IMG/VR virus record: IMGVR_UViG_3300028370_000002
Coordinates: 1-40,502 of that record
Direction: 5' to 3' (one strand)
Length of the DNA stretch: 40,502 nucleotides
DNA from: a virus
Taxonomy: Duplodnaviria; Caudoviricetes
The translations under genes were made by a program, and so were the position numbers. Below, in pieces: positions 1 to 9,003 of this stretch. Position 1 is the stretch's first letter. Every line of letters begins with the position of its first letter. The notes under the pieces are model-generated. The model searched no databases, was not told the DNA's origin, and worked only from the letters and a program-made list of their open reading frames with translations.

Positions 1-46
1 TCGTCCGACAAGCCCTTTGTGGAGACGCTCAGAGTGTGGGCGAAGT
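1..46. repeat. 46-bp direct repeat of the window end (circular assembly overlap)
   Basis: 1-46 is identical to 40457-40502 and the tape-measure reading frame continues across the join. Confidence 0.95.
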
Positions 47-2525
47 TGTCAAATGTGCTTCCTGCGATACCGAGCGCATCTGCGGAGGCCAGAACGCTGG
101 CTTGTAGACCTCCAACAACATTCGTAAACGCGTCGCTTGTTTCCTTACTTGCTGCGGTGATGCTGGTGCGCACCCTTTTTGACAGGCCCCAGAACCGCTT
201 TGTTTCAATGGTGCGGAAAGTCTGCACCAAGCTGTCCATGCCGTTGACAGTGACTTTCAAGCCCGCGTCGAGTTCTTTGGTTTTCTTTTTGAAGAAGCTG
301 AACACGCCAACGATGGCAAGCAGTGGTAGGGCAACAGCACCCGCAGCCATTGCAAACCCGCCAAGGCTGGCCGTAGCGCCTCCCAGTGCTGTTCCAATAG
401 CACCAAACCCGCCAGCAAGCCCACCAGATGCCAGACCGCCTAACACGTTGCCCACGCCGCCAAGGAAGCCTGCACCGTTCGCAAGTCCGGCAATGCCGCC
501 GCCCGTACCAAAGCCGCCCACAAGGCCGCCCAGCAAGCCGCCCCCGCCGCCACCTGCGCCGCCAATCGCCTGTGCAGCAACCCCGCCAGCGCCTGCACCG
601 CCGCCAGAGAACCCAAGCCCGATCATGATGCGGTTGCGCACCGCCATGCTGATCATCTGCGCCAGCATGCTTTTGAAGCTGTCCAGAACCGACCGCACGA
701 AACCCTTGAAGTCGCTGAAACCGCGCATGACAAACTCGCCGAAAGCGTCTGACACGCTGCCGATCCCGCTCAGCAGCACCCCGCCCAACTCACGCCCCAT
801 TTCAACGGCAGATTTCGTGCCGTCTGCCATCGCCTCAGCAAACCCGCCCGCAAACGTGGTGGCTTCCTCGATTGCAGCCGCTGCCTTGCCTGCCGATCCA
901 CTGCCCGATCCGGTTGTGCCGTCGCCGCCGATGTCTTCTAACGTCTTGCTCATGGCAGCGGCAGCGGCAGCAGCGTCATCAGTCTCGGCAGATGTTCCTG
1001 CCATCGCATCACGCAGCGCCCCTACGCTTGCAAGCGGTGCAGTTAGGCTACTGCCGAGCGTTTCCATCGCGCGGGACGCCCTTGTAGCTGCGAACTCTGC
1101 TTCTCGGACTGCTACATCCATGGGCGCGCCACCTAAGGGGCCGTCTGAAATTGCGCCGATCCTAGCACCGGATAGATTTGTCCCGAACAGACCATTCAAC
1201 CCTTGCGCGACCGACCATGTGAGGTCTTGGAACCCTTGAAGCATGGATCGCAGAGCATCCAAGAAAAACGATGACATTGACGCAGATCCGGCCTGCACTG
1301 CCAGCGGCACAAGCCCGAACGCGGAAGACACGCGCCCGAACACTTCGGTCGCAACGTTACCAAGAAGATTGAACGCGACACCCGCACCTCCGACCGCACT
1401 GACCAGCCGCCCAAACATTGCGACCAGATACCCTGCCCCGACAATCAACGCGCCGATGCCCGTTGTTATGAGCGCGGTCTTGAGAAGCGCCAATGCGGCA
1501 GTCAGAGAAAAGGTGGCAATCACCGCCGCGCCCATCGCCACAACGTAAGGCCCCACAAATACCGCAGCAGCAATGCCAGCGCTGTATGCAATGACATCAA
1601 TGTTTTCAACCACGGCCGTGATCACGGGCAACAGCATGGTCAGCGCGTTTATGCCCATCTCAGCCGCCGCAAACAGCGCCGTGCCGATAGACTGCACCGC
1701 CGCGAAAAATGCCGGATTGGCCACAGCCGTCGTCAGTCGCTCAATGGATGCGCGCAGGTTTTCAGACCCCGGCCCGGACAACTCAAACAAGTCACCAAAG
1801 GCGTTGCGCAGGGATGCCAGCGCGCCACCCAGCGTGTTGCGCGCAGCCTCTGCCGATCCGCCGAACTGCCGCTCCAACTCCGCCAGGATGATTGTCTGCG
1901 CGCCGATTGTATCGTTGGCATCCACCATGCCTTTGACCATTTCTTTCTGCGCCTCGGTGAACTGGATGCCTGACCGGGCCAGCGCCGTCATGCCCAAAAC
2001 AGGATCGTTCAACGCCTTGCCGACTTGCAGCGCCGCCGAGTTCAGGTCAGTGCCCATCGCCGTTGCCAAGTCCAGCGTGGCTTTGGTTGCCGCGTCAAAC
2101 TGGTCGCCCTTAATCTGCGTGAACGTCAGTAGCAGACCCTGCATGGCGTTGATGGTTTCATCGCCAAAATTTGTGACCTTTTGAAGCGCCGCCGCGTGCC
2201 TATTCAGGTCGGCCACGCTCTTACCCGCCGCCCCGCCAGTTGACGCAATGGCCGCGCCAAGCTGCGCCTGTGCTTTCTCATTCGTCACCGTGGCGTCGAT
2301 GAAGCGGTTAAGCTGCGAACTCAGCGCGGCGATGCTGACCACGGCGGCCAGTGCGCTTGCAGCCGCAACGGCCAAGCCCTTACCCATACCCGCAAACGCA
2401 CCTTGCGCACGGCCTGCGGATCCACCAGCCCGGTCACCTGCCCCGGCAAACCTGTCAAGATCACCGCTGGCTGTCCGCACGTCCCGGCTGTCAACCTTCA
2501 GCCCGACCGATGCCATGTCATCCAT
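1..2525 (-). CDS. Tail tape measure protein, N-terminal part (continues through the circular junction to 39709; about 1090 aa total)
   Basis: ATG at 2525 (MDDMASVGLKVDSRDVR...); Ala/Gly-rich helical ORF directly after the tail chaperones, in frame with 39709..40467. Absent from the ORF track because it runs off the window. Confidence 0.92.
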   Translation of the reverse strand, partial: MDDMASVGLKVDSRDVRTASGDLDRFAGAGDRAGGSAGRAQGAFAGMGKGLAVAAASALAAVVSIAALSSQLNRFIDATVTNEKAQAQLGAAIASTGGAAGKSVADLNRHAAALQKVTNFGDETINAMQGLLLTFTQIKGDQFDAATKATLDLATAMGTDLNSAALQVGKALNDPVLGMTALARSGIQFTEAQKEMVKGMVDANDTIGAQTIILAELERQFGGSAEAARNTLGGALASLRNAFGDLFELSGPGSENLRASIERLTTAVANPAFFAAVQSIGTALFAAAEMGINALTMLLPVITAVVENIDVIAYSAGIAAAVFVGPYVVAMGAAVIATFSLTAALALLKTALITTGIGALIVGAGYLVAMFGRLVSAVGGAGVAFNLLGNVATEVFGRVSSAFGLVPLAVQAGSASMSSFFLDALRSMLQGFQDLTWSVAQGLNGLFGTNLSGARIGAISDGPLGGAPMDVAVREAEFAATRASRAMETLGSSLTAPLASVGALRDAMAGTSAETDDAAAAAAAMSKTLEDIGGDGTTGSGSGSAGKAAAAIEEATTFAGGFAEAMADGTKSAVEMGRELGGVLLSGIGSVSDAFGEFVMRGFSDFKGFVRSVLDSFKSMLAQMISMAVRNRIMIGLGFSGGGAGAGGVAAQAIGGAGGGGGGLLGGLVGGFGTGGGIAGLANGAGFLGGVGNVLGGLASGGLAGGFGAIGTALGGATASLGGFAMAAGAVALPLLAIVGVFSFFKKKTKELDAGLKVTVNGMDSLVQTFRTIETKRFWGLSKRVRTSITAASKETSDAFTNVVGGLQASVLASADALGIAGSTFDNFAHTLSVSTKGLSD

Positions 2526-2530
2526 GCAGA

Positions 2531-2896
2531 CTACCCCCTAAACGGCTGCGGCGTGTTTTTGCCATTCGACTCAAACAATTCACTGGCGTAAACCCCGCTC
2601 ATTTTTTGTAGCCATTGCGCTTCGTCGCCTTCAAACCTCAGCCCCACATTCGCGGCCCATGCCTGAATTTCTAAATGGGACAGGGCCACCGGCCCCGTCC
2701 CGCCTTGCATGACCGGCCCGACATCCATCAGCCATTCCGCAAGATAAGAACGAAATGGGAGTTCAGGAAAGTCCGGTTCTTCATTTGCCCGCTCCAAAAA
2801 ACTCCACCGCGTCTGCTTTATGTCCTTTGGCTGTGCGCATAACCAAGCGTGTTGTCGCGCCCAGAGACAAAGCGCCTCTAGGCTTGTGCGAAAAAA
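2531..2896 (-). CDS. Tail assembly chaperone, frameshifted C-terminal extension (lambda gpGT-like)
   Basis: The -1 frame is open from the slippery site (FRTSLEALCLWARQHAW...) into ORF 2531..2797; lies between chaperone and tape measure genes. Confidence 0.75.
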   Translation of the reverse strand, partial: FFRTSLEALCLWARQHAWLCAQPKDIKQTRWSFLERANEEPDFPELPFRSYLAEWLMDVGPVMQGGTGPVALSHLEIQAWAANVGLRFEGDEAQWLQKMSGVYASELFESNGKNTPQPFRG

Positions 2897-3330
2897 TTGG
2901 CCCGGTCCTTCAAGAACTCAGTCACTTCGTCAAGGATCGACGGATATTTCCGGTAAATGGCGAACGCCGCGTCTTCCGAAAACCCCACCGGCTTACCGTC
3001 AAGGCTCAGGTTTTCCCACCCGATTGTCTGGTCGACGGCTGTTTGAATGATACCATCTTGCCCTTCGTCGATCAGCGCACCAAGTTGCGCCTCGGTCATT
3101 TTGGCGAAGTCCATCTTGCCGCCGCGCCGCTTCAGGATGCTGGTTGTACGCTTGCGTGCCTTGGCCTTTGCCGCTGGCGCGTCCATGCCAATCAAATTGA
3201 TGCGCATAGGCTTGGTCAGATCGGGCGTGCCGTCCTTGCCTGTGACGTATGCCGGCGCGTCTGTGCGCAGGTTGGTCAAGTGCAGCCAGGCGCCGGCCTC
3301 TGCCGCTGATACTGAGTCGAAACAATCCAT
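2878..3330 (-). CDS. Tail assembly chaperone (gpG-like)
   Basis: 150 aa between tail tube and tape measure genes; ends DRANFFAQA over a slippery sequence. Confidence 0.8.
   Translation of the reverse strand: MDCFDSVSAAEAGAWLHLTNLRTDAPAYVTGKDGTPDLTKPMRINLIGMDAPAAKAKARKRTTSILKRRGGKMDFAKMTEAQLGALIDEGQDGIIQTAVDQTIGWENLSLDGKPVGFSEDAAFAIYRKYPSILDEVTEFLKDRANFFAQA
2890..2896 (-). other. Programmed -1 ribosomal frameshift site T TTT TTC
   Basis: AAT TTT TTC near the 3' end of the chaperone gene; the -1 frame has no stop before 2531. Confidence 0.75.
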
Positions 3331-3354
3331 GGTTTATATCCTGTTGGTTGTGGT

Positions 3355-3393
3355 TAAAAGTCGGGGGATGCGGTCAACCACGTCGCACCCCCC
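3355..3393 (-). terminator. Probable intrinsic terminator after the tail tube gene
   Basis: GGGGGTGCG...CGCATCCCCC stem followed by GACTTTT on the minus strand. Confidence 0.55.
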
Positions 3394-3415
3394 TAGCCTG
3401 CGGGGAGGTGCAGGA

Positions 3416-3859
3416 TTACGGCGCGGCGACCTCAACGTCGGCGCGCGTGAACTCGATGTTGCAGCTTGCCATGTTGACGGACCCGACCGACTGACCGCGC
3501 GGGAAGGACATGACCTTGCCCATGATGTAGCGGATTGTGCCGTCGCTGCGGGTTTCGCGGAAGCTGATTTCATTCTTGGATGCCAGCGCGGCAAGCAGGA
3601 TGATCTGGCCAGCGTCGGCGGAATCATAGCCGAGCGGAATAGTGATTGAACCGTAATTCAACTCGCCGTGGAACTTGTTCACAATGCCGGTCTTGAGCGG
3701 GGTAAACGTGACCGCAGAATAGGCCGCGCCAAATTCTGGAACTTCGGATGCTTCACCCACTTCGGTCCACGTCAGCGCGACGTATCCGGCTGCGTCAAAG
3801 GTTGCTGGGGTAGCTGCCGAGACGGACAAAAACCCGCCGATGCCTTCAGTAAGTGCCAT
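3416..3859 (-). CDS. Major tail (tube) protein
   Basis: 147 aa with typical tube motifs (WTEVGEASEVPEFGA, KFHGELNYGSITIPLGYD); synteny. Confidence 0.85.
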   Translation of the reverse strand: MALTEGIGGFLSVSAATPATFDAAGYVALTWTEVGEASEVPEFGAAYSAVTFTPLKTGIVNKFHGELNYGSITIPLGYDSADAGQIILLAALASKNEISFRETRSDGTIRYIMGKVMSFPRGQSVGSVNMASCNIEFTRADVEVAAP

Positions 3860-3898
3860 GATATTTTCCTTTCATGGGGTGGATAGGCGGGATGCCTA

Positions 3899-4120
3899 TT
3901 ACAGGACTGGGACAAGACCCGATGTAAACTCGACCAGAACTTCGCCGTCAGCCTCAGTGGCGTCTGCCACCGTGCCGGAATAGGTGACACCGTTAGGCAT
4001 TGCAAATTGCAACACGTCGCCAATCTTTGGCGTTTTGCCGTTGTAGATCATGGCAGGGGTTGTGCCGGTTGGCGTGGGCATTGTAACGATGCGAGCGCCT
4101 GTGATCGGTTTGGTTTTCAT
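3899..4120 (-). CDS. Hypothetical protein
   Basis: ATG at 4120 just after the upstream stop with an AAGGA Shine-Dalgarno; 73 aa. Confidence 0.55.
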   Translation of the reverse strand: MKTKPITGARIVTMPTPTGTTPAMIYNGKTPKIGDVLQFAMPNGVTYSGTVADATEADGEVLVEFTSGLVPVL

Positions 4121-4122
4121 GG

Positions 4123-4560
4123 CTACGGATTCCTTTGAAAGATTGCGCTGCAACGGATCGACACGTTCTTGCGAAAGTATGCGCCGTCGATTGCGCCCGG
4201 CTGTGGGTCGCCCATATCTGTCACCTGAATTTGACCGTCTCCGGCGGATAGTATCAGGTCAATGGGGAATTGGTCAATGATGCGTTGCGCCTGGTCGTCG
4301 GCTTCATCCTCGAACGTGCCCTCTTGCACAAAGACCGCCACAAACAGCCGAACGACCATCCGGCTTGACTTTGACAGCCCGAAACGCTCAGGCGGGGTAG
4401 TGGTAAAATACGCCAACCAATACGGTGGCTCAGGCGTGACGTATTGCAGCGACGGCGTGTCATAAACACCCGGCGCATTTTCACCCCATACAATCGACGG
4501 GGCGGACGGCGTGGCGGCCAGGCGCGTGCGCAGGGCAACTTTGATTTCCTTGTGGTTCAT
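4123..4560 (-). CDS. Tail terminator / tail completion protein
   Basis: Start MNHKEIK overlaps the upstream stop (ATGA); size and position before the tube gene. Confidence 0.7.
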   Translation of the reverse strand: MNHKEIKVALRTRLAATPSAPSIVWGENAPGVYDTPSLQYVTPEPPYWLAYFTTTPPERFGLSKSSRMVVRLFVAVFVQEGTFEDEADDQAQRIIDQFPIDLILSAGDGQIQVTDMGDPQPGAIDGAYFRKNVSIRCSAIFQRNP

Positions 4561-4958
4561 CCGACCCGCGCCTTTGCTTTTGCAATAGATGCCCGCACAA
4601 TCGCGGGCCATTGATCGACGGCACCCTCGACAAAGTGTGCGCCGGGACGGCCATTGCGGCCATTGTTTACCGCCGCAGCGTATTCAGCGGTCCAGGTGAA
4701 GGTTGCCAGATCGCCGCCCTTCATGTTGCCAGCGACCATGATGTAGGATTCTTCACCTTCACCCGACGCACCGCCCGCGATTGACGATTGCAGGCTGTTG
4801 CGCAAGTTGCCTGTGATAACCGGCATCCGCCCGCCTTTATCACGGGGAACCTGTGCCACGGCGATGACGGATTGCGTGGCGTCTTTCAGCACAGCGTCGA
4901 TCCGGCGTTCGGTCTTGCGGACCCACTGATCAAGCTGGGCAAAAGTATAACGGACCAT
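4557..4958 (-). CDS. HK97 gp10-like neck/tail completion protein
   Basis: Motifs PVITGNLRNS, AEYAAAVNNG and GAHFVEGA. Confidence 0.75.
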   Translation of the reverse strand: MVRYTFAQLDQWVRKTERRIDAVLKDATQSVIAVAQVPRDKGGRMPVITGNLRNSLQSSIAGGASGEGEESYIMVAGNMKGGDLATFTWTAEYAAAVNNGRNGRPGAHFVEGAVDQWPAIVRASIAKAKARVG

Positions 4959-5995
4959 CAGGTCAACCTCGCAAAGAAATCAATTCTCAAATCTTGGTAG
5001 CATCGGCAAAGAATGGTTTCGCTAGGTGGTGCGCCCATGCTTGAATCGCCGGGAAACATAAGTAGCGCACCGCCAACATTGAACGCCTCGCCATACGCAA
5101 CCACCTGTCCGTCTGCCGCTGCGTGCGTCTCGCGGGTTTTGCCGTCGCCCGTGCTATCCCAAGCCCGAACCACGTCCTGCGCCTGAACATCATTGTTCGG
5201 GTTTTCGATCAACTGGTCCAGCGCCTCTTGCCGCCCGGCGTTCAACGCCTTGAGCGTTTCAGTGCGTGCGATTGTTTCGCCGCGCAACGCCAGCAGCCGA
5301 TCCGAATAGCGACCGGCCATGCGGTCAATGTCTACCTGTGCCACAGGTCTGCCGTCAGCCATAGCCCGGCGCACGATCCCGTCAAAGCGTTTGTCGCGCC
5401 GCGTGCGCGTGAAGTAGTTTGACATCAGGGTCGGATCCGACAGTTCACCACGCATATTCTGCACATAGCCTGCCTGCGTGCTGTGCAGCCCCACCAGACC
5501 GCCTTGCCGCGTGCCGTTGGTCATGCGCCCGCCAATGTCCAGCGCGGTGCGCAGCGGCCCCGCGCCTGCCTCCAGCCCGCCGCGGATCGTCTGGGCGATG
5601 AGAACCCGCGTATCGTCCAGCACCTCAGTCACCAGCCGCGACCCAAGATCCCGCGCGATACGTTCGGCCCGCTCATTCCGGCCCCCGAATGACTGCACAA
5701 CGCGACTGGCAATTGGCGCGCGACGGGTGGCGTGTTGGAACGCGCCCATCTGATAATTGCCGCCAGCCGCCAGCGCCGCGGTGATTGCCGTATCGGTGCG
5801 GAACATATCTGCGGCGTCGAACCGTAGCGCGCGGAATGCCGCGTCAACATCACCGCGGGCAATGGCAGCTTCAAGCGCCTTCATATCCGCTTGGCTTTGG
5901 ACCTGGCGCATAGCCGCGACAAACTCCGACTGGACGCCGGGCCATGTCTCATCCAGCAGTCTCAGGAAATTTTGGCGGGTGTCGCGGGTTGTCAT
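4958..5995 (-). CDS. Head morphogenesis / minor head protein (MuF, SPP1 gp7-like)
   Basis: TIARTE, WDSTGDGKTRETH, FPGD and CRC motifs; likely start MTTRDTRQ at 5995 with an AGGGG SD. Confidence 0.8.
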   Translation of the reverse strand: MTTRDTRQNFLRLLDETWPGVQSEFVAAMRQVQSQADMKALEAAIARGDVDAAFRALRFDAADMFRTDTAITAALAAGGNYQMGAFQHATRRAPIASRVVQSFGGRNERAERIARDLGSRLVTEVLDDTRVLIAQTIRGGLEAGAGPLRTALDIGGRMTNGTRQGGLVGLHSTQAGYVQNMRGELSDPTLMSNYFTRTRRDKRFDGIVRRAMADGRPVAQVDIDRMAGRYSDRLLALRGETIARTETLKALNAGRQEALDQLIENPNNDVQAQDVVRAWDSTGDGKTRETHAAADGQVVAYGEAFNVGGALLMFPGDSSMGAPPSETILCRCYQDLRIDFFARLT

Positions 5996-5999
5996 TTTG

Positions 6000-6163
6000 C
6001 TAGACCCCTGCCAACACCATTGAAACGATAATAGAACCAAAACCCATGATTAAGTAATGGGTTTTTCATGGCCGTTGCTCTGTATTGATAGGACAAACAT
6101 CGCAATGCCAAACAGCCCCCCGACCAAAGCCAGAATCATCTGTCCATAAAGCATATAATCCAT
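6000..6163 (-). pseudogene. Small two-transmembrane protein gene split by a -1 frame change at an A5 run
   Basis: MDYMLYGQMILALVGGLFGIAMFVLSIQSNGHEK then, in the -1 frame, THYLIMGFGSIIVSMVLAGV*; AT-rich segment. Confidence 0.4.
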
Positions 6164-6364
6164 CTACTTCGCACCCTCCAAGGGCGGCTTGACGGTTAGC
6201 TTCATCACCTCACCAACTACCATGAAGTCGATTCCGCCGTGAGGATGCCCGTTCAGCCTTTCCAGAGCGTCTGAAACACTTTGAGCGGCGGAGGCGAAAC
6301 GCTCCATTGAGAATGCCGCTGTGTCCAATGCCTTGGCGTCGATGTATTTTTGCAGGTCGTCCAT
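6164..6364 (-). CDS. Hypothetical protein
   Basis: MDDLQKY start preceded by GGAG. Confidence 0.6.
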   Translation of the reverse strand: MDDLQKYIDAKALDTAAFSMERFASAAQSVSDALERLNGHPHGGIDFMVVGEVMKLTVKPPLEGAK

Positions 6365-6398
6365 TAGGAGTCTCCATTGGTTGTGGTGTCGCGGGTTG

Positions 6399-6602
6399 TC
6401 ATTCAATCCTCACCGATTCCATGCACAGTATCAGCGCCTCATCCGGCGTGAAACCTTGCGCGATACTGGCATCATAATGCAAACGACGCACCTTTGCCAG
6501 CAGATGCGCTTTGCGCGCTTCGCCGGGCAGTGCATTTTCCGCAGCGACAAACAGCGCTTCGGTGTTGGCTGCGTTCATCATGCGCTTGGCTGCGTCGGTC
6601 AT
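6399..6602 (-). CDS. Hypothetical protein
   Basis: ATGA overlap with the upstream fibre gene; 67 aa. Confidence 0.6.
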   Translation of the reverse strand: MTDAAKRMMNAANTEALFVAAENALPGEARKAHLLAKVRRLHYDASIAQGFTPDEALILCMESVRIE

Positions 6603-7213
6603 GTGCGCCGTTCTACAGTGACTTGGCTTTCGCCTGCTATTTGGTTAACGGTGCCAGGTCCCCCGCGCTCTTCACCCTGAACGCGGATAACATCTCCGTC
6701 AGACACAGCGAACGTAGCACTCATATGTGACGATGACTCATTATGGCCGGTGCCATTCCGGATGTAACCCGTCTGTCCCACGCCACTGACCTTAGTATTA
6801 TTATTTGTAATCCAGATACCGACGTTTGTTCGCACTGTTGCCACGCCATCAGGTAAGCGCTGAGATATGTGCGCCTGCACAGTTACAACCCCATCAAAGT
6901 TGACCGTGATGCTGTCACTGGCCAAAGTGTAATCCGCATCTGTCGCATCGTTTGTGCCGCCGAAGGGGATATTCGCAGCGGTGCTTGGGTTGATGTCTGT
7001 GGTGGTATCGGTGTTGCGCACTTGGCAGAATGAGAAGGTGCTGCCGCCTCCCTCGCCTTCCTTTGCCATTGCCTGATACGTTCCGATTGTCTTTGCAACA
7101 GCTAGGCGGTCTTCGTCTGTGATGACATAAATCTGCCCAACGAGAAGGCCATCAGCGGCGGCTAGTGTGTCAAGATCAGCGCGAGTCCCGCGTTTGTGCT
7201 GAACGTCTGGCAT
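6599..7213 (-). CDS. Fibre/appendage protein with an N-terminal QxKRG module and a beta-rich (C1q/TNF-like) C-terminal domain
   Basis: MPDVQHKRGTRADL...GQIYVITD, a Gly linker, then a beta-strand-rich domain (SDGDVIRVQ). Confidence 0.6.
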   Translation of the reverse strand: MPDVQHKRGTRADLDTLAAADGLLVGQIYVITDEDRLAVAKTIGTYQAMAKEGEGGGSTFSFCQVRNTDTTTDINPSTAANIPFGGTNDATDADYTLASDSITVNFDGVVTVQAHISQRLPDGVATVRTNVGIWITNNNTKVSGVGQTGYIRNGTGHNESSSHMSATFAVSDGDVIRVQGEERGGPGTVNQIAGESQVTVERRT

Positions 7214-7666
7214 TTAGAATGTCCCGCAGTCTACCGCACCAACGGCAAGCGTGACAAAGGCATCACCAGAATCTTTTGTCATAACCATTGATGTGTTCAT
7301 TTGCAGAATGCCGTCCGTGCCGTCCGTGCCCCAGATGAATCCTGCCGTGCCACCGTCCACGACGGCAACAAGTTCGTCTGTTGAACCCGCAGGGATATTT
7401 AGCGCCGTCTTGAAAGCGTCAAATGTGATCTTCTTTTCCTTGACACCCGTGGCGCTGGCATCGTGCATCAGAACTAAGTCAGCAGCCCCAGTGACTGCGC
7501 CGATTGCGTCAAGGGCGTCAATGGCTGGCACGACAGGAACCATTGTCGTGGCGTCTGTCGGAAAGTGCGCTGTCTGGCGATCCGTTGTGACGAATATCTG
7601 ACCAGGCAAGAGGGCCGATGAAGGGAGGTTGGCGAAAAGTCCGCGTTTCTGCTGAACTGATGGCAT
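7214..7666 (-). CDS. Fibre/appendage protein with an N-terminal QxKRG module
   Basis: MPSVQQKRG...GQIFVTTD, paralogous to the neighbour's N-terminus; ends AVDCGTF. Confidence 0.6.
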   Translation of the reverse strand: MPSVQQKRGLFANLPSSALLPGQIFVTTDRQTAHFPTDATTMVPVVPAIDALDAIGAVTGAADLVLMHDASATGVKEKKITFDAFKTALNIPAGSTDELVAVVDGGTAGFIWGTDGTDGILQMNTSMVMTKDSGDAFVTLAVGAVDCGTF

Positions 7667-7685
7667 TGGGATAGTCCTTTATATG

Positions 7686-7868
7686 TTAGTTGAAAGTGCC
7701 AAGGTCTAACGCGCCGTTTACAAAAAGGCCCGCTGAGCTTGTGGTTAGGAGATTGCCTGCCTGTGGGTCGATGGTGAGCGTAGATGTGCCATCCGCGCCC
7801 GGCGGCCCCTGAATACCAACAATCACAACGACAGGTGGCGCGGCCTGCTGGATTACGACGGCGGTCAT
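7686..7868 (-). CDS. Small fibre-associated protein with short collagen-like triplets
   Basis: GIQGPPGADG; ends ALDLGTFN; ATGA coupling. Confidence 0.55.
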   Translation of the reverse strand: MTAVVIQQAAPPVVVIVGIQGPPGADGTSTLTIDPQAGNLLTTSSAGLFVNGALDLGTFN

Positions 7869-8221
7869 CGCGTGACCTCCTTGCTGAGAATCACAAGACC
7901 CTCAAGCCAACGGGCTGCGCTGGTCGCGCTTGTTACGAATTCCAGATCATAAACGCCATCCGTCAAGATCGTTGCGGTTTCCGCTGCGGTCAGCGTCATT
8001 GTCACAACGCCAGTCGCGCCGCCAAACGCCAGCCGATCGTTTGCCGTGGTCAACTCCATGATGATGTCGGCTGATTCCAAGGTCTGGCGAATTTGCATAC
8101 GCCCGGTCAGCCCCGTCAGATCGACAGGCGTTCCGCCCGCAGTTTGCAGGAACGTCACGACCTGTAAAAAGTCAGAGCCTTGGTAGATTTTCAGATCAAC
8201 GCGTGCCGGAACAACTGTCAT
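7865..8221 (-). CDS. Virion structural protein (beta-sandwich adaptor, BppU N-terminal-like)
   Basis: DLKIYQGSDF, PVDLTG, RMQIR, VYDLE and LEG pattern typical of fibre anchor domains; start MTVVP at 8221. Confidence 0.6.
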   Translation of the reverse strand: MTVVPARVDLKIYQGSDFLQVVTFLQTAGGTPVDLTGLTGRMQIRQTLESADIIMELTTANDRLAFGGATGVVTMTLTAAETATILTDGVYDLEFVTSATSAARWLEGLVILSKEVTR

Positions 8222-8598
8222 TTTGCCACCTTCACCAGCCAGGATATGACAAAGCCCGCCGAGTCCATCGGGATAACCTCCTGCACGGGCCAATTCACGC
8301 CTTCGATCGTCAGCACGTCCGATGTGGATGGGGCAATCGTCACGGCGTGGTTCGCCAATGAATAAACCAACTCACCCGCGCCCAAAGCCAGCCCGGTCCG
8401 CTGCGTGTATGCCTTGGATGACGGTTTGGCGACGAATACGTGATTAACAGGCGCGCCGGGTGTGGGGTTCCATGCGGGCCCTGTGGGCTGCCCTGGCCGG
8501 GTTATGGTCACATAGACCGGCCCAAGCCCGTCGCCCGCATCACGCCCCGCCTCAGCGTAGGCCAGTGCGACTTCAGCGGCTATTGCGGCCCCGCTCAT
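8218..8598 (-). CDS. Head-closure (stopper) protein
   Basis: Size, position after the adaptor gene, ATGA coupling. Confidence 0.6.
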   Translation of the reverse strand: MSGAAIAAEVALAYAEAGRDAGDGLGPVYVTITRPGQPTGPAWNPTPGAPVNHVFVAKPSSKAYTQRTGLALGAGELVYSLANHAVTIAPSTSDVLTIEGVNWPVQEVIPMDSAGFVISWLVKVAK

Positions 8599-8981
8599 AC
8601 CAGCCTCGGGCCGGTTGAACCGATGCCAATGCACTGGCGCAGCATGGTTTCAATTTTGGTGGATCTTGGAACGGACGCGCCGCCCTTGCTGGCATCGCCC
8701 GTCACCTGCCATTTGATATCACCCACACCGACAAGAACTTTCTGATCGGCAGGCGTGAATGTCTTGGTCCAGATGCCTGGTGATGCCACCTCAGCAATCG
8801 CAGCCTCATAGGTGGCTTCCACGACGTTCGCGCTGTCAACGGTGCATGTCGATCCGTCCAGATAGGTAAATTGGATGTAGTCGGACGCCCGCACCAGCGC
8901 CTGCAAAGTCGCGGCGGTGTCAGCGATTACCGTGCCGCGCGCCCCGGCATATGCGATCAGTGCTGTGACGTTGCCGATCAT
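8595..8981 (-). CDS. Head-tail adaptor protein (DnaT-like structural family)
   Basis: ALVRASDYI, VVEATYEAA and VGDIKWQ motifs; GGAG SD before ATG 8981. Confidence 0.7.
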   Translation of the reverse strand: MIGNVTALIAYAGARGTVIADTAATLQALVRASDYIQFTYLDGSTCTVDSANVVEATYEAAIAEVASPGIWTKTFTPADQKVLVGVGDIKWQVTGDASKGGASVPRSTKIETMLRQCIGIGSTGPRLV

Positions 8982-9003
8982 CTTGTGACGCTCCAATGAA
9001 TGA

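Noticed and set aside
19-2541. Long plus-strand ORFs (19..1239, 1243..1548, 1573..2184 and others), including a Pro-rich 406-aa ORF
   Set aside because: They are antisense shadows of the Gly/Ala-rich tape measure gene. The same applies to most overlapping opposite-strand ORFs in this high-GC genome.
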